Below are positions 1 to 13,553 of a stretch of 64,000 bases of DNA, piece by piece (position 1 is the first letter of the stretch; each line of letters starts with the position of its first letter). The stretch spans positions 203,366-267,365 of the forward strand of contig CAXXVD010000004.1 in assembly GCA_963662335.2 (NCBI GenBank). The letters are read 5' to 3'. The notes beneath the pieces were generated by a model. The model saw only the letters and a list, made by a program, of their open reading frames with translations, made no database searches and was not told the DNA's origin. The stretch comes from Chloroflexota bacterium. Lineage in GTDB: Bacteria; Chloroflexota; UBA11872; VXOZ01. A program made the position numbers and the translations under genes.

Positions 1-137
1 AGTTCGATTGCCCCCGTCAGCGGAGCGACCGGCGTCACGTCCTCCCAAGCCGGATAGAAACCGTCAACGACGACGCGGCGCGAAGAACCCGTTGCTTCCT
101 GCAGCAGGCCGGCCACGTTAATCGTCAAACCTTCCAT
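1..137 (-). CDS. YceD/DUF177 family protein, 5' part (runs off window start)
   Basis: Minus-strand ATG at 137 gives MEGLTINVAGLLQEATGSSRRVVVD..., resembling YceD N-termini; conserved order coaD-hypothetical-yceD. Confidence 0.65.
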   Translation of the reverse strand, partial: MEGLTINVAGLLQEATGSSRRVVVDGFYPAWEDVTPVAPLTGAIE

Positions 138-145
138 AGTCTATT

Positions 146-652
146 CTACTCTACCGTTTCCTGCGAAGCACGTTCGCCCCGGCCCCGGGCCGAAGGCAGT
201 TCTTCCGGCTCCGAGTCCGCCATTGCCTCGATGAAAATCTGCACGCGCTCGTGCAGTTGCTCGAGCCGCGTGCGCAAGTCCGTCAGCGAGCGCACCGCAT
301 ACTCGTCGGACTCGCGCTGCACCTCACTCGCCTGGTCTTGGGCTTCCTCCACGATGCGGCGCGCATTATCTTCCGCGGCCCGCACCAAACCGTGCTCGGA
401 GAGAATTTCCTCCGCTTGTTCGTGGGCGATCTCCACGATGCGCTCGGCCTCCAAGCGCGCTTGCTCCGGGATGCGGCTGCGCTCTTGAAGCATGCGCCGC
501 GCTTGCCGCACTTCATCGGGTATCGACATGCGCATCTGCGCGATGACGTCCAAGCACTCTTGCTCGTCCAGCATGATCTTATTGACGAATGGAACTCTCT
601 GGCCTGTGTTGACGAGCGCCTCCAGACGTTCGATTAGTGCGAATATGTCCAT
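146..652 (-). CDS. Conserved coiled-coil protein (ATP synthase subunit b-like/DivIVA-like) found between coaD and yceD
   Basis: 168 aa, N-terminal RVPF motif followed by E/A/Q-rich helical repeats; context. Confidence 0.75.
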   Translation of the reverse strand: MDIFALIERLEALVNTGQRVPFVNKIMLDEQECLDVIAQMRMSIPDEVRQARRMLQERSRIPEQARLEAERIVEIAHEQAEEILSEHGLVRAAEDNARRIVEEAQDQASEVQRESDEYAVRSLTDLRTRLEQLHERVQIFIEAMADSEPEELPSARGRGERASQETVE

Positions 653-739
653 TGCGGCTACCCCCTATTGCCTTCCAGGCCACCTTAGGCTATTCATCAC
701 AGACCAAACCGCGCCGTTGCGATTCGCACGGACAGAGAC

Positions 740-1219
740 TCATGCAGCGTGTATCTCGCGCAGACGGGCCGCCACCACTGCCGGCACGAAAGCGTCAACG
801 TTGCCGCCGAGCTTCGCCACCTCTTTGACGAGGCTGGCGCTCAAGAACGAGTACTTGACCGACGTCATCAGGCAGACGACTTCGAGTTCGGGCCGCAGTT
901 GCTGGTACATGGCCGACAACTGAAACTCGTACTCGAAGTCCGTGACTGCCCGCAAGCCGCGCACGAGTACCTGCGCCCCAAGGTCGCGCGCGCACTCCAC
1001 CGTGAGATTGGCAAAACTCCTCACCTGAACGTTCGGCCACCGCTGGACGGCCGTCGTAAGCATCTTCACACGGTCGTCTAAAGAGAAGAGCACGTCCTTC
1101 TCAGGATTAGCATAGACTCCGACGAAGAGAGAATCAAAGAGCCGGGACGCCCTGGCGATAATATCTATGTGGCCGTTCGTTACCGGGTCGAAACTCCCGG
1201 GATAGAGCGCTGCGCGCAC
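740..1219 (-). CDS. coaD: Pantetheine-phosphate adenylyltransferase
   Basis: YPGSFDPVTNGH, RGLRAVTDFEYE, SLVKEVA motifs. Confidence 0.97.
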   Translation of the reverse strand: MRAALYPGSFDPVTNGHIDIIARASRLFDSLFVGVYANPEKDVLFSLDDRVKMLTTAVQRWPNVQVRSFANLTVECARDLGAQVLVRGLRAVTDFEYEFQLSAMYQQLRPELEVVCLMTSVKYSFLSASLVKEVAKLGGNVDAFVPAVVAARLREIHAA

Positions 1220-1275
1220 GATATTTCCAGCCTTCCGCGTACTACTCTCATTCTCTCAAGCTATTCACAGGCTAA

Positions 1276-2244
<969 letters not shown>

Positions 2245-3192
2245 ATGCCACTGGCGCGCAAAGACCTCCTGGACCTGGACGATTTCTCGTCCGACGAACT
2301 CATGCTGCTCCTGGAGACCACCTCCGCCATGACGGAGATCCTCTCCCGTCCCATCCGGCGCGTGCCCACGCTGCGCGGCAAGACGATCGTCAACATGTTC
2401 TACGAGGCGAGCACGCGCACGCGCTCGTCATTCGAACTGGCCGCCAAGAATCTCTCCGCCGACCTCGTAAACGTCTCCGCCAGCCAGAGCAGCGTCGAAA
2501 AGGGTGAGTCGCTTATCGACACCATGCGCACGCTGCAAGCGCTCGGCGCCGACATGCTGGTGATGCGCCATTGGGAAGCGGGCGCGCCCTACCTGGCCGC
2601 CTCCTGGCTGAACGCTTCCGTCATCAACGCCGGCGACGGCTGGCACGCCCATCCCAGCCAGGCGCTGCTCGACCTCTATACCGTGCGCCGGCATTTGGGC
2701 ACGATCGAGGGTATCAAGCTCGTCATCGTTGGCGACATCCTGCACAGCCGCGTGGCGCGCTCCAATCTCTGGGGCTTTGGCGCACTGGGCGCGCAGATCG
2801 TCCTCTGTGGGCCGCCAACCCTCCTGCCGGCCACGCTCTTGGGCGCGTTCGGCGACCCGCCGTGGCTCTCGCTCTCCTACGACTTGGATGAAGCGCTGGC
2901 GGACGCCGACGTGGTTATGATGCTGCGCCTCCAGCGCGAGCGCATGGCCGGCGGGCTGCTGCCCTCCGCGCGGGAATACAGCGCCCGCTTCGGACTGACC
3001 GGCCAACGCATGAGGCGCGCGCGTCCCAACGCGCTCATCATGCACCCCGGCCCCATGAACCAGGGCGTGGAGATCACACCCGAACTGGCCTACGGCGCGC
3101 AGGCCGTGATCGAGGAACAGGTTACCAACGGCGTGGCCGTGCGCATGGCCATCTTCTACTTGCTCGCGGGCACGGCGGAGCGATTGGCATGA
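2245..3192 (+). CDS. pyrB: Aspartate carbamoyltransferase catalytic subunit
   Basis: FYEASTRTRSSFE, HPSQALLD, MHPGP motifs. Confidence 0.97.
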   Translation: MPLARKDLLDLDDFSSDELMLLLETTSAMTEILSRPIRRVPTLRGKTIVNMFYEASTRTRSSFELAAKNLSADLVNVSASQSSVEKGESLIDTMRTLQALGADMLVMRHWEAGAPYLAASWLNASVINAGDGWHAHPSQALLDLYTVRRHLGTIEGIKLVIVGDILHSRVARSNLWGFGALGAQIVLCGPPTLLPATLLGAFGDPPWLSLSYDLDEALADADVVMMLRLQRERMAGGLLPSAREYSARFGLTGQRMRRARPNALIMHPGPMNQGVEITPELAYGAQAVIEEQVTNGVAVRMAIFYLLAGTAERLA

Positions 3193-4580
3193 ACGACAAC
3201 TGGCTCATACAGGGCGCGCGGGTAATCGACCCGGCAAACAACCTCGACGCCGCGCGGGACGTGCACGTGCGGGACGGCAGAATCGCGGCCATTGGCGAAT
3301 CACTCTCGCCGGCAGATGTCCCGGTCATAGACGCCGGCGGCCTGGTGGTCGCGCCCGGCTTTGTGGACCTGCACTGCCATCTCCGCGAACCGGGATTCGA
3401 GTACAAGGAGACCATCGCCAGCGGCACGCGCGCCGCGGTGCGCGGCGGCTTCACCACGGTGTGCAGCATGGCGAACACCGAGCCGGTGGTGGATACGCCC
3501 GCGACCGTAGCCTACATTCTCGAGCGCGCCCGGGCAGCCGCTGCCGCGCGGGTCTATCCCCTGGCCGCCGTGACCCAGGGACTTGACGGCGCGCAACTGG
3601 TGGAAATGGCGGCCCTGGCCGCGGCCGGCGCGGTGGCGTTCTCCGACGACGGCATGCCGGTAGCCGACGCCCGCATGATGCGCCACGCGCTGGAATACAG
3701 CCTGCTCGTGGGCAAGCCAATCGTGAATCACTGTGAAGATCCCGCGCTCGCGCACGGCGGCGTGATGCACGAGGGACTGACCTCGCTGCGCTTGGGCCTG
3801 CGCGGGACGCCGGCGGAAGCCGAGGAGACGATGGTCGCGCGCGACGCGTTGCTGGCCCGCCGCACCGGGGCGCACGTGCACATCGCGCACGTTTCGACGC
3901 AGGGCAGCGTGGAGATCATTCGCGCCGCCAAGCGGCAGGGCATTCGCATCACGGCGGAGGTGACGCCCCATCACCTCACGCTGACCGACGCGCTCGTCGC
4001 CAAGAGTCCGCAGACGGAAGTGGGAGCGGCGCTTGGCTACGACACCCGTACCAAGGTCAATCCGCCGCTCCGTACAAAAGCTGACGTAGAAGCCCTGATC
4101 GAGGGCCTTAACGACGGCACGCTCAACGCCATTGCGACCGACCACGCGCCCCACAGCACGACCGACAAGCTCTGCGAGTATAGTGAAGCCGCATCCGGCA
4201 TTTCGTGCCTGGAAACGGCGTTCTCGCAGGTCTATCAACTGGCGCGAGACGGCCGCGTGCCCCTGGCTACGCTGCTGAGCAAACTCACGTGCGAGCCGTC
4301 GCGGGCGTTCGGCCTGCCAACGGGCACGTTGCGCGTGGGCGCGCCGGCCGACGTGGCCATCCTCGATCTCGCGGCGGCGTGGACCGTAGACCCGCGGACG
4401 TTCGCTTCCAAAGGGAAGAATACGCCAATTGCCGGCGCAACCCTGCCCGGCAAGGTGGCGATGACGTTCGTAGACGGCCGGTTGTTGCATGCGGCAGACG
4501 GCTACGGCGTCTTCGACGAAAGCGGCGTCTCCGACGAGAGCGCCGTCCGCGGCGAAGCCGGCCAAGGAGGGACGCGATAG
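3189..4580 (+). CDS. pyrC: Dihydroorotase
   Basis: DLHCHLREPG, KVNPPLR, IATDHAPH motifs; overlaps pyrB stop. Confidence 0.96.
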   Translation: MNDNWLIQGARVIDPANNLDAARDVHVRDGRIAAIGESLSPADVPVIDAGGLVVAPGFVDLHCHLREPGFEYKETIASGTRAAVRGGFTTVCSMANTEPVVDTPATVAYILERARAAAAARVYPLAAVTQGLDGAQLVEMAALAAAGAVAFSDDGMPVADARMMRHALEYSLLVGKPIVNHCEDPALAHGGVMHEGLTSLRLGLRGTPAEAEETMVARDALLARRTGAHVHIAHVSTQGSVEIIRAAKRQGIRITAEVTPHHLTLTDALVAKSPQTEVGAALGYDTRTKVNPPLRTKADVEALIEGLNDGTLNAIATDHAPHSTTDKLCEYSEAASGISCLETAFSQVYQLARDGRVPLATLLSKLTCEPSRAFGLPTGTLRVGAPADVAILDLAAAWTVDPRTFASKGKNTPIAGATLPGKVAMTFVDGRLLHAADGYGVFDESGVSDESAVRGEAGQGGTR

Positions 4581-4582
4581 GC

Positions 4583-5784
4583 GTGCCAAACGCGAACACC
4601 TATCCCCACGCGCTGCTGGCGCTCGAAGACGGCACGGTCTTCTTTGGCTACGCCTTTGGCTCGCGCCAAGACGCCGCCGGGGAACTCTGCTTCAACACCA
4701 GCATGACCGGCTACCAGGAAATCAGCACCGACCCCTCCTATCGGGGGCAAATCGTCACCCTGACCTATCCGCTCATCGATAACTACGGCGTCACGCCGGC
4801 CGACATGGAGTCGGTGCGGCCATGGCTTTCGGGCTTAGTGGTGCGCGAACTCTGTCCGCATCCCAGCAATTGGCGCGCGACCCACGACTTGGACCACTTC
4901 CTGGCCGCGCAGGCAATTCCCGGAATCTTCGGTCTCGATACCCGCGCCGTCACGCGCCGCCTCCGCACCCACGGCTTCCAAAGAGCGGCGCTGGCGGTGG
5001 CGCCGCCTGGCGTCCTGCCGGAAGAAGCGCGGGATTCCTTTCTCTGGCTGAGCGGCCGCGCCCCCGGCATCGAGGATTATGTCAATGCTTGCATCGCCCG
5101 CGCCCAGAGCGCCACGCCGCTCTCCGATCACGACGTGGTCGGGGAAGTGTCGGTGAATGCGGGAACGTACGCCGCGCCCGCGCCCTGGCAGCCGTGGGCG
5201 CCGCCGCCGCGGGACGCGGTGGGCAAGCGCCTCGTCCTCATCGACACCGGCGCGAAGCACAACATCGCCCATTCGCTCACCAGCCGCGGCGCGGAGGTGG
5301 TGTGGGCTCCCTACGGCGCCAGCTACGAGGAAGTGCGCGCGCTCGCGCCGGACGGCATAGTAATCTGCAACGGGCCGGGCGACCCGGACGGGGGTACGGT
5401 TGCCGCCACGGTGACGACCACGGCCAAGCTCATGCAGCGCTACCCCATGCTGGGCATCTGCCTGGGACATCAAATCATCGCCCTGGCGGCGGGCGCGCGC
5501 ACCAGCCGCCTCAAGTTCGGCCATCGCGGCGCGAACCATCCGGTGCAAGACCTCGCCACCGGCAAGGCGCACATCACCACGCAGAACCACGGCTTCCAGG
5601 TGGACGCCGCCAGCATTCCGGCGCAGAGCGGTTTCCAGGTAAGCCACGTCAGCCTCAACGACGGCTCGGTGGAAGGCCTCCGCCACCGGGAATTGCCGGT
5701 ATTCAGCGTGCAGTACCATCCGGAGGCGTGTCCGGGGCCGCAGGACAACCAGTACCTCTTCGACGAATTCGCAAGATTGCTCTG

Positions 5785-5785
<1 letters not shown>
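4583..5785 (+). CDS. carA: Carbamoyl-phosphate synthase small subunit
   Basis: [32 protein letters not shown]; GTG start at 4583 chosen. Confidence 0.96.
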
Positions 5786-8985
<3,200 letters not shown>

Positions 8986-9011
8986 GTGCGGAGCGTGGGG
9001 TTCTTTTTCCG

Positions 9012-9166
9012 GTAGCGCAGGTTTGCAACCTGCGCCCCTTGGGTCAATTGGCGGTAGCGCAGGTTTGCATCCTGCGCCGCGCAACTGGTAGCGCGGGGGC
9101 TTGCCCCCCGCTCCCTTGCTACAACCATAGTGGAAAGAAGCCGTAGCGCGGGGGCTTGTCCCCCGC
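9012..9166 (+). repeat. Cluster of four GTAG-type REP palindromes (two families)
   Basis: GTAGCGCAGGTTTGCA(A/T)CCTGCGC at 9012 and 9054; GTAGCGCGGGGGCTTG(C/T)CCCCCGC at 9088 and 9143. Confidence 0.9.
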
Positions 9167-9238
9167 TTCCTCGCCCGAAGATGTGCGCCGCTGGCGGCAG
9201 AGCGTAACAACGAACGAGCACCGGAGAGTTCGCTGCAC

Positions 9239-10057
9239 ATGCCCATCGTCCAAGAGCGCGCCACGGTCGTCTCGAATGAAGCGGTGGCCGACGGGCTCTA
9301 CATCATCCGCCTGCACTCACCGCAGATCGCGGCGCAGTGCCAGCCGGCGCAGTTCGTGCACGTGCGCTGTGGCGACGGCATCGAGCCGCTGCTGCTGCGC
9401 CCGTTCAGCATGTTGACCGTCGACCGTGAGGCGGGCACGCTGGACATTCTCTATCAGGTGGTCGGCAGCGGCACGGAGATCCTCGCCAAGCGGCGCGCCG
9501 GCGACGAGATCCTCCAGCTTGGCCCTCTGGGCAAGACGTTTACCGTTCCGCCCAATCAAGGCAACCTGCTGATGGTTGCGGGCGGCATTGGCATCGCGCC
9601 GCTGCTCTTTCTGGCGGAGATGATGATTCCGAAAGGCTACGCCGTGACGCTGCTGGCCGGCGCCCGCACGGCCGCGCGCCACTTGCCGGCCGAATTCGCG
9701 CCGCCGGCGGTCGAGTACGTGCTGGCAACCGACGACGGCTCGGCCGGCTACCACGGGCCGGTCACCGACCTCATCGCCGACTACTTCCTCTGGAGCGACG
9801 CCGTCTACGTGTGCGGCCCCTGGCCCATGCTCGCCGCCGTCGACGCCGCCTACCAGGCGCGGGCGTGGGGCTGGCAGAGCAAGAAGCCCATCCAGGTCTC
9901 GCTGGAAAACCAGATGGGCTGCGCCATGGGCGTCTGTCTAGGGTGCGTCGTTACCACGCCGCGAGGCTATCAACGCGTCTGCCGCGACGGCCCGGTGTTT
10001 GCCTTGCGCGACCTGCACCAGGAAATCGTCTCAAGACCGGCGCACGGCGGCCCGTAA
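9239..10057 (+). CDS. pyrK: Dihydroorotate dehydrogenase electron transfer subunit
   Basis: RPFS FAD motif, AGGIGIAP, YVCGP, MGCAMGVCLGC...VCRDGPVF 2Fe-2S motif. Confidence 0.92.
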   Translation: MPIVQERATVVSNEAVADGLYIIRLHSPQIAAQCQPAQFVHVRCGDGIEPLLLRPFSMLTVDREAGTLDILYQVVGSGTEILAKRRAGDEILQLGPLGKTFTVPPNQGNLLMVAGGIGIAPLLFLAEMMIPKGYAVTLLAGARTAARHLPAEFAPPAVEYVLATDDGSAGYHGPVTDLIADYFLWSDAVYVCGPWPMLAAVDAAYQARAWGWQSKKPIQVSLENQMGCAMGVCLGCVVTTPRGYQRVCRDGPVFALRDLHQEIVSRPAHGGP

Positions 10058-10140
10058 TCCCAGGTCCCGGCGCAGCGTTGCGCAACACGCACGAATTGCC
10101 GGGTGCGAGGATTCACTTGCAAGTCTTGGGAGATAGTCCT

Positions 10141-10244
10141 TGTCATTCCGAACGCAGCGCAGCGGAGTGAGGAATCTAGAGTGTTGCGTCGAATGGGCCG
10201 GTTCCGGCTTGCGTCTTAGATTCCTCGCTGCGCTCGGAATGACA
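10141..10244. repeat. Inverted REP dimer of the TGTCATTCCGAGCGCAGCGAGGAATCT family
   Basis: TGTCATTCCGAACGCAGCGCAGCGGAGTGAGGAATCTA ... TAGATTCCTCGCTGCGCTCGGAATGACA between convergent genes; same family at 11493, 58178, 58360. Confidence 0.88.
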
Positions 10245-10287
10245 GTTTGCCAACGAACTAATCAACGTATTGGGTGAATAGTCAGCT

Positions 10288-11394
10288 TCACCACGCCGAG
10301 AACTTCAAGCAAACCGGCGTCGGCACGTTGGCCACGTGTCCGGTAGGCTCCAGCGTCCCGGCCTCGCCGTCGATGCGGAACGTGACAATCGAGTCGGTAT
10401 CTTGATTTGCCGCCAGCAGGAACGCGCCGCTGGGATCGATCACGAAGTTGCGCGGCACTTCGCCCTGGGTTGACTCGTGCCCCACCAGAGTCAGCGTGCC
10501 GTCCGCCTCGTTCACCGCGTAGATGACGATGCTGTCGTGCCCACGGTTGGAGCCGTACACGAACCGGCCCGATGGGTGCACATGCACGTCGGCGGTATGG
10601 CTGGTCTCGGAATAATCCGGCGGCAGCGTGGGAATCGTCTGCAACTCTGACAGCGCGCCGCGCTCCTGGTCGTAGGCGAAGACCGTCACCGTATTGCCAA
10701 TCTCGTTGATTACGTAGACCACCTGGCCGTTGGGATGGAAGTCCAAGTGGCGCGGCCCCGCGCCGGGGTGGACGGCCGCAAAGGGCGGGTCGTTGGGCGG
10801 CAGCTTGCCGTTTTCCAGATCCAGCCGGTAGACGAGCACCTTGTCCAGCCCCAGATCGCACGCCAGCGCAAAGCGGTTTGCCGGGTCCGGCGTGAACGAG
10901 TGCCCGTGGGGTCCTTGCTGCCGGTCCGGGTTGACGCTGGAGCCGACGTGCTGCACCCAGTCGGTCGCCGGGCCCACGCTGCCGTCCGCCTCAAGCGGCA
11001 ATATCGCCACGCTGCCGGTGCCGTAGTTCGCGGCAATGGCGTACCGGCCCGTCTGTTCCACGCTCACGTGGCAGGGGCCGCCGCCGTGTGACGACTGGCG
11101 GTTGATGAACGTCAGGCCGCCGGTGGCCGCATCCACCGCGAATGCGCTCACCGCGCCGCCGTCGTGGCCGTCGATCTCCGGCACGGCGTTGACGGCGTAG
11201 AGAAATGGCCGTTGCGGGTGCAACGTCAGAAAGGACGGATTCGGCACGTCCGCTACCGTGTGCACTAGCTCTACGGAGCCGGTGGCCGTATCCATCCGGC
11301 ACACGTAGATGCCTTCCGCGCCGCCGCCAAGTTCGGTCTCACCCGTAAACGTGCCGACATAGATGAATCTCGAATCCGGGGATTGGATGCTCAT
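10288..11394 (-). CDS. pgl: 6-phosphogluconolactonase, beta-propeller (lactonase) family
   Basis: YVGT, NPSFL, PCHVS, ANYGTG, PHGHS, GPRH, SNRGHDSI, PRNF motifs. Confidence 0.9.
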   Translation of the reverse strand: MSIQSPDSRFIYVGTFTGETELGGGAEGIYVCRMDTATGSVELVHTVADVPNPSFLTLHPQRPFLYAVNAVPEIDGHDGGAVSAFAVDAATGGLTFINRQSSHGGGPCHVSVEQTGRYAIAANYGTGSVAILPLEADGSVGPATDWVQHVGSSVNPDRQQGPHGHSFTPDPANRFALACDLGLDKVLVYRLDLENGKLPPNDPPFAAVHPGAGPRHLDFHPNGQVVYVINEIGNTVTVFAYDQERGALSELQTIPTLPPDYSETSHTADVHVHPSGRFVYGSNRGHDSIVIYAVNEADGTLTLVGHESTQGEVPRNFVIDPSGAFLLAANQDTDSIVTFRIDGEAGTLEPTGHVANVPTPVCLKFSAW

Positions 11395-11492
11395 TGTCTA
11401 CGCTCTACTCCTCTATGAATTTCACTGGCAGAACTTCCGCCTCTTCACGCGAACACATGTCCTCTCGCAAGGAATACGTCCCGCTGCGCGCC

Positions 11493-11520
11493 CTAGATTC
11501 CTCGCTGCGCTCGGAATGAC
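11493..11520 (-). repeat. Single REP arm (TGTC/CGTC family)
   Basis: CTAGATTCCTCGCTGCGCTCGGAATGAC, same as right arm at 10217-10243. Confidence 0.85.
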
Positions 11521-11580
11521 GGACTGCGCTCGGAGTGTCGGTTACACACACAGCGCTGACGCTCGCTAATTGCTGAGCGG

Positions 11581-12492
11581 CTAGCCGCGCAGCAGCGCAT
11601 GCAGCGCATCCTCCACCGTAGCATAGCGAAACGCGAAGCCCGCAGCCAGCAGTTGGCGCGGCAGGGCGCGTTGGCCGTGCAAGACGATGTCCGCCATTTC
11701 ACCCATTGCCAGACGGAGCGCCCACGGCGGCACGCGCATGAACGCCGGCCGCCCCAGCGCGCGTCCAATCGCCTGACCGAACGCGGCAAACTGCACCGGA
11801 TTGGGCGCGCAGACATTAACCGGCCCGGCAACTTCATCATGCGTCAAGAGAAACTCGATCGCCCGCACGGTATCCTCCACGTGTATCCAGGGCACCCACT
11901 GCCGCCCGCTGCCCAGCGCGCCACCCAGGAAGAAGCGAAACGGCAGGGCCACGCGCGGCAGCACGCCGCCCGCGGCGCTCAGCACAAGGCCCAAACGCAG
12001 CAGCGCCCGCCGCGTCCCATCCGCCTCGACCGCCGCCGAGGCGTGTTCCCACTCCTGGGATACGTCGGCGAGAAAGTCGGTCCCCGGCGGCGACTGCTCG
12101 TCCGCTTCCCGGTCGCCGGTATCCCCGTAGTAGCCTACCGCCGAAGCCTGAATCAGCACCGCGGGCTTGCGCGCGGCGGCGCGAATGGCGGCTGTCACCG
12201 CGTTGGTGGATTGAATCCGGCTGTCGCGCAGCCGCCGTTTCTGCGCGTACGACCAGCGACGACCCGCGATGCTCTCGCCGGCGAGATTCACGATAGCGTC
12301 AGCGCTTTCCGCCTGTTCCTCCCACCCTTGGCTGCTGCTGCCGTCCCAGCCGGCAACCTCCACGCCGTCCGGCAAGCCGGAGACCCGGTAGGGCCGCCGG
12401 CTGAGGACGACGACCGCATGTCCCTGAGCGCAGAGATACTGGGTGAGCGCGCGGCCGATCAACCCGCTGCCGCCGCCGATTATCACGCGCAT
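11581..12492 (-). CDS. TIGR01777-type NAD-dependent epimerase (YfcH-like)
   Basis: GGGSGLIG, VNLAGESI..RW, SAVGYYG, GSGRQWVPWIH; ATG 12492 after GGGAGG. Confidence 0.92.
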   Translation of the reverse strand: MRVIIGGGSGLIGRALTQYLCAQGHAVVVLSRRPYRVSGLPDGVEVAGWDGSSSQGWEEQAESADAIVNLAGESIAGRRWSYAQKRRLRDSRIQSTNAVTAAIRAAARKPAVLIQASAVGYYGDTGDREADEQSPPGTDFLADVSQEWEHASAAVEADGTRRALLRLGLVLSAAGGVLPRVALPFRFFLGGALGSGRQWVPWIHVEDTVRAIEFLLTHDEVAGPVNVCAPNPVQFAAFGQAIGRALGRPAFMRVPPWALRLAMGEMADIVLHGQRALPRQLLAAGFAFRYATVEDALHALLRG

Positions 12493-12623
12493 CGTAGCCT
12501 CCCTCCGTTGTGCCGCCGCCAGGCAGCCGTCATCGCGTCGATACCCGTTTCTTCCCGTCAATACTGGCATGGGAGCATCCGGCAAATTGAGCCGGACGGC
12601 CTGAATCTGGTATACTGGAAGTT

Positions 12624-13526
12624 GTGAATGAATCGCAACCACTGAGGCCGATCCAAGCCTTCATCAAAGCGGGCAATCTGCTCCACCGACGACTCTGGCT
12701 GCTTCTTCTGCCAATCGGGTTGGACATCGTCATTTGGTTTTCGCCCCGGGTGGCCCCGGGGACGGGACTCCTCGTCTTTACCGATGGCCTCTCGGCTGAA
12801 GAACAGGGCTTGCTCTCGTTCGTCCAGCAGTGGAACATCCTCTCCGCCGTGCTCGGCCTCTGGGTGCCCTCTCTGGGCGTTGCGGTCACCGGCGACGGCT
12901 CGGGCACGATTGTCGAGGTGGAGTCGCTGGGCCAACTCTCGCTCATCCTGGCCGTGCTCCTCGCGGTGAGCCTCGTGTATGGCAGCGCCTTTCTCGCGCT
13001 GAATGCCGCGGCCGTGCAGGAGACCGCGTTGACGTGGGACCTGTTCGCGCTGCGGGTGATGCGGCTGGCGCGCCGCCTGGCCGGGCTTGCCGCCATCATT
13101 GTAGCGTTGATCTTCGTTCCTCTCATCATAACCAGCGTCGCGTCGGCCCTCATTCCCCCGCTGGGGCTGCTCCTGTCATTCGTGTTGTTGGCCCTGTTGT
13201 TCTGGATTGGCTTTCACGCATTCTTCATTGTAAGCAGCGTCGCGTTGGCGCGTCAGGGCCTGCTGCGGGTAATCCGCCTCTCGCTCCGGCTCGTGCATGG
13301 CAATCTATGGTCGTTCGCCGCGTTCTTCCTCATCTACTGGGTCATGATACTCCTGACGGGTCTACTTTGGAATGGCCTACTGGAACTGCAAATCCTCGGC
13401 ATTGGTAGAATGCTCGCCATCGTCGGCAACGCCTATATCGGGACGCGCATGACGCTAACGGCCTTCTTCTACATCTGGAGCCGCATTCTCATTTTCCGTG
13501 GGGAGTCTTCTCCCGCCCAAACGTGA
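12624..13526 (+). CDS. Hypothetical multi-pass membrane protein
   Basis: 300-aa ORF with many hydrophobic segments. Confidence 0.75.
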   Translation: MNESQPLRPIQAFIKAGNLLHRRLWLLLLPIGLDIVIWFSPRVAPGTGLLVFTDGLSAEEQGLLSFVQQWNILSAVLGLWVPSLGVAVTGDGSGTIVEVESLGQLSLILAVLLAVSLVYGSAFLALNAAAVQETALTWDLFALRVMRLARRLAGLAAIIVALIFVPLIITSVASALIPPLGLLLSFVLLALLFWIGFHAFFIVSSVALARQGLLRVIRLSLRLVHGNLWSFAAFFLIYWVMILLTGLLWNGLLELQILGIGRMLAIVGNAYIGTRMTLTAFFYIWSRILIFRGESSPAQT

Positions 13527-13553
13527 CGGACAGCTCTTCGCGAAGGGAGACCT

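Noticed and set aside
4822-5784. N-terminally extended 1387-aa CarB or carA-carB fusion
   Set aside because: Extension is an alternative frame over carA with R/P-rich nonsense; true start ATG 5785
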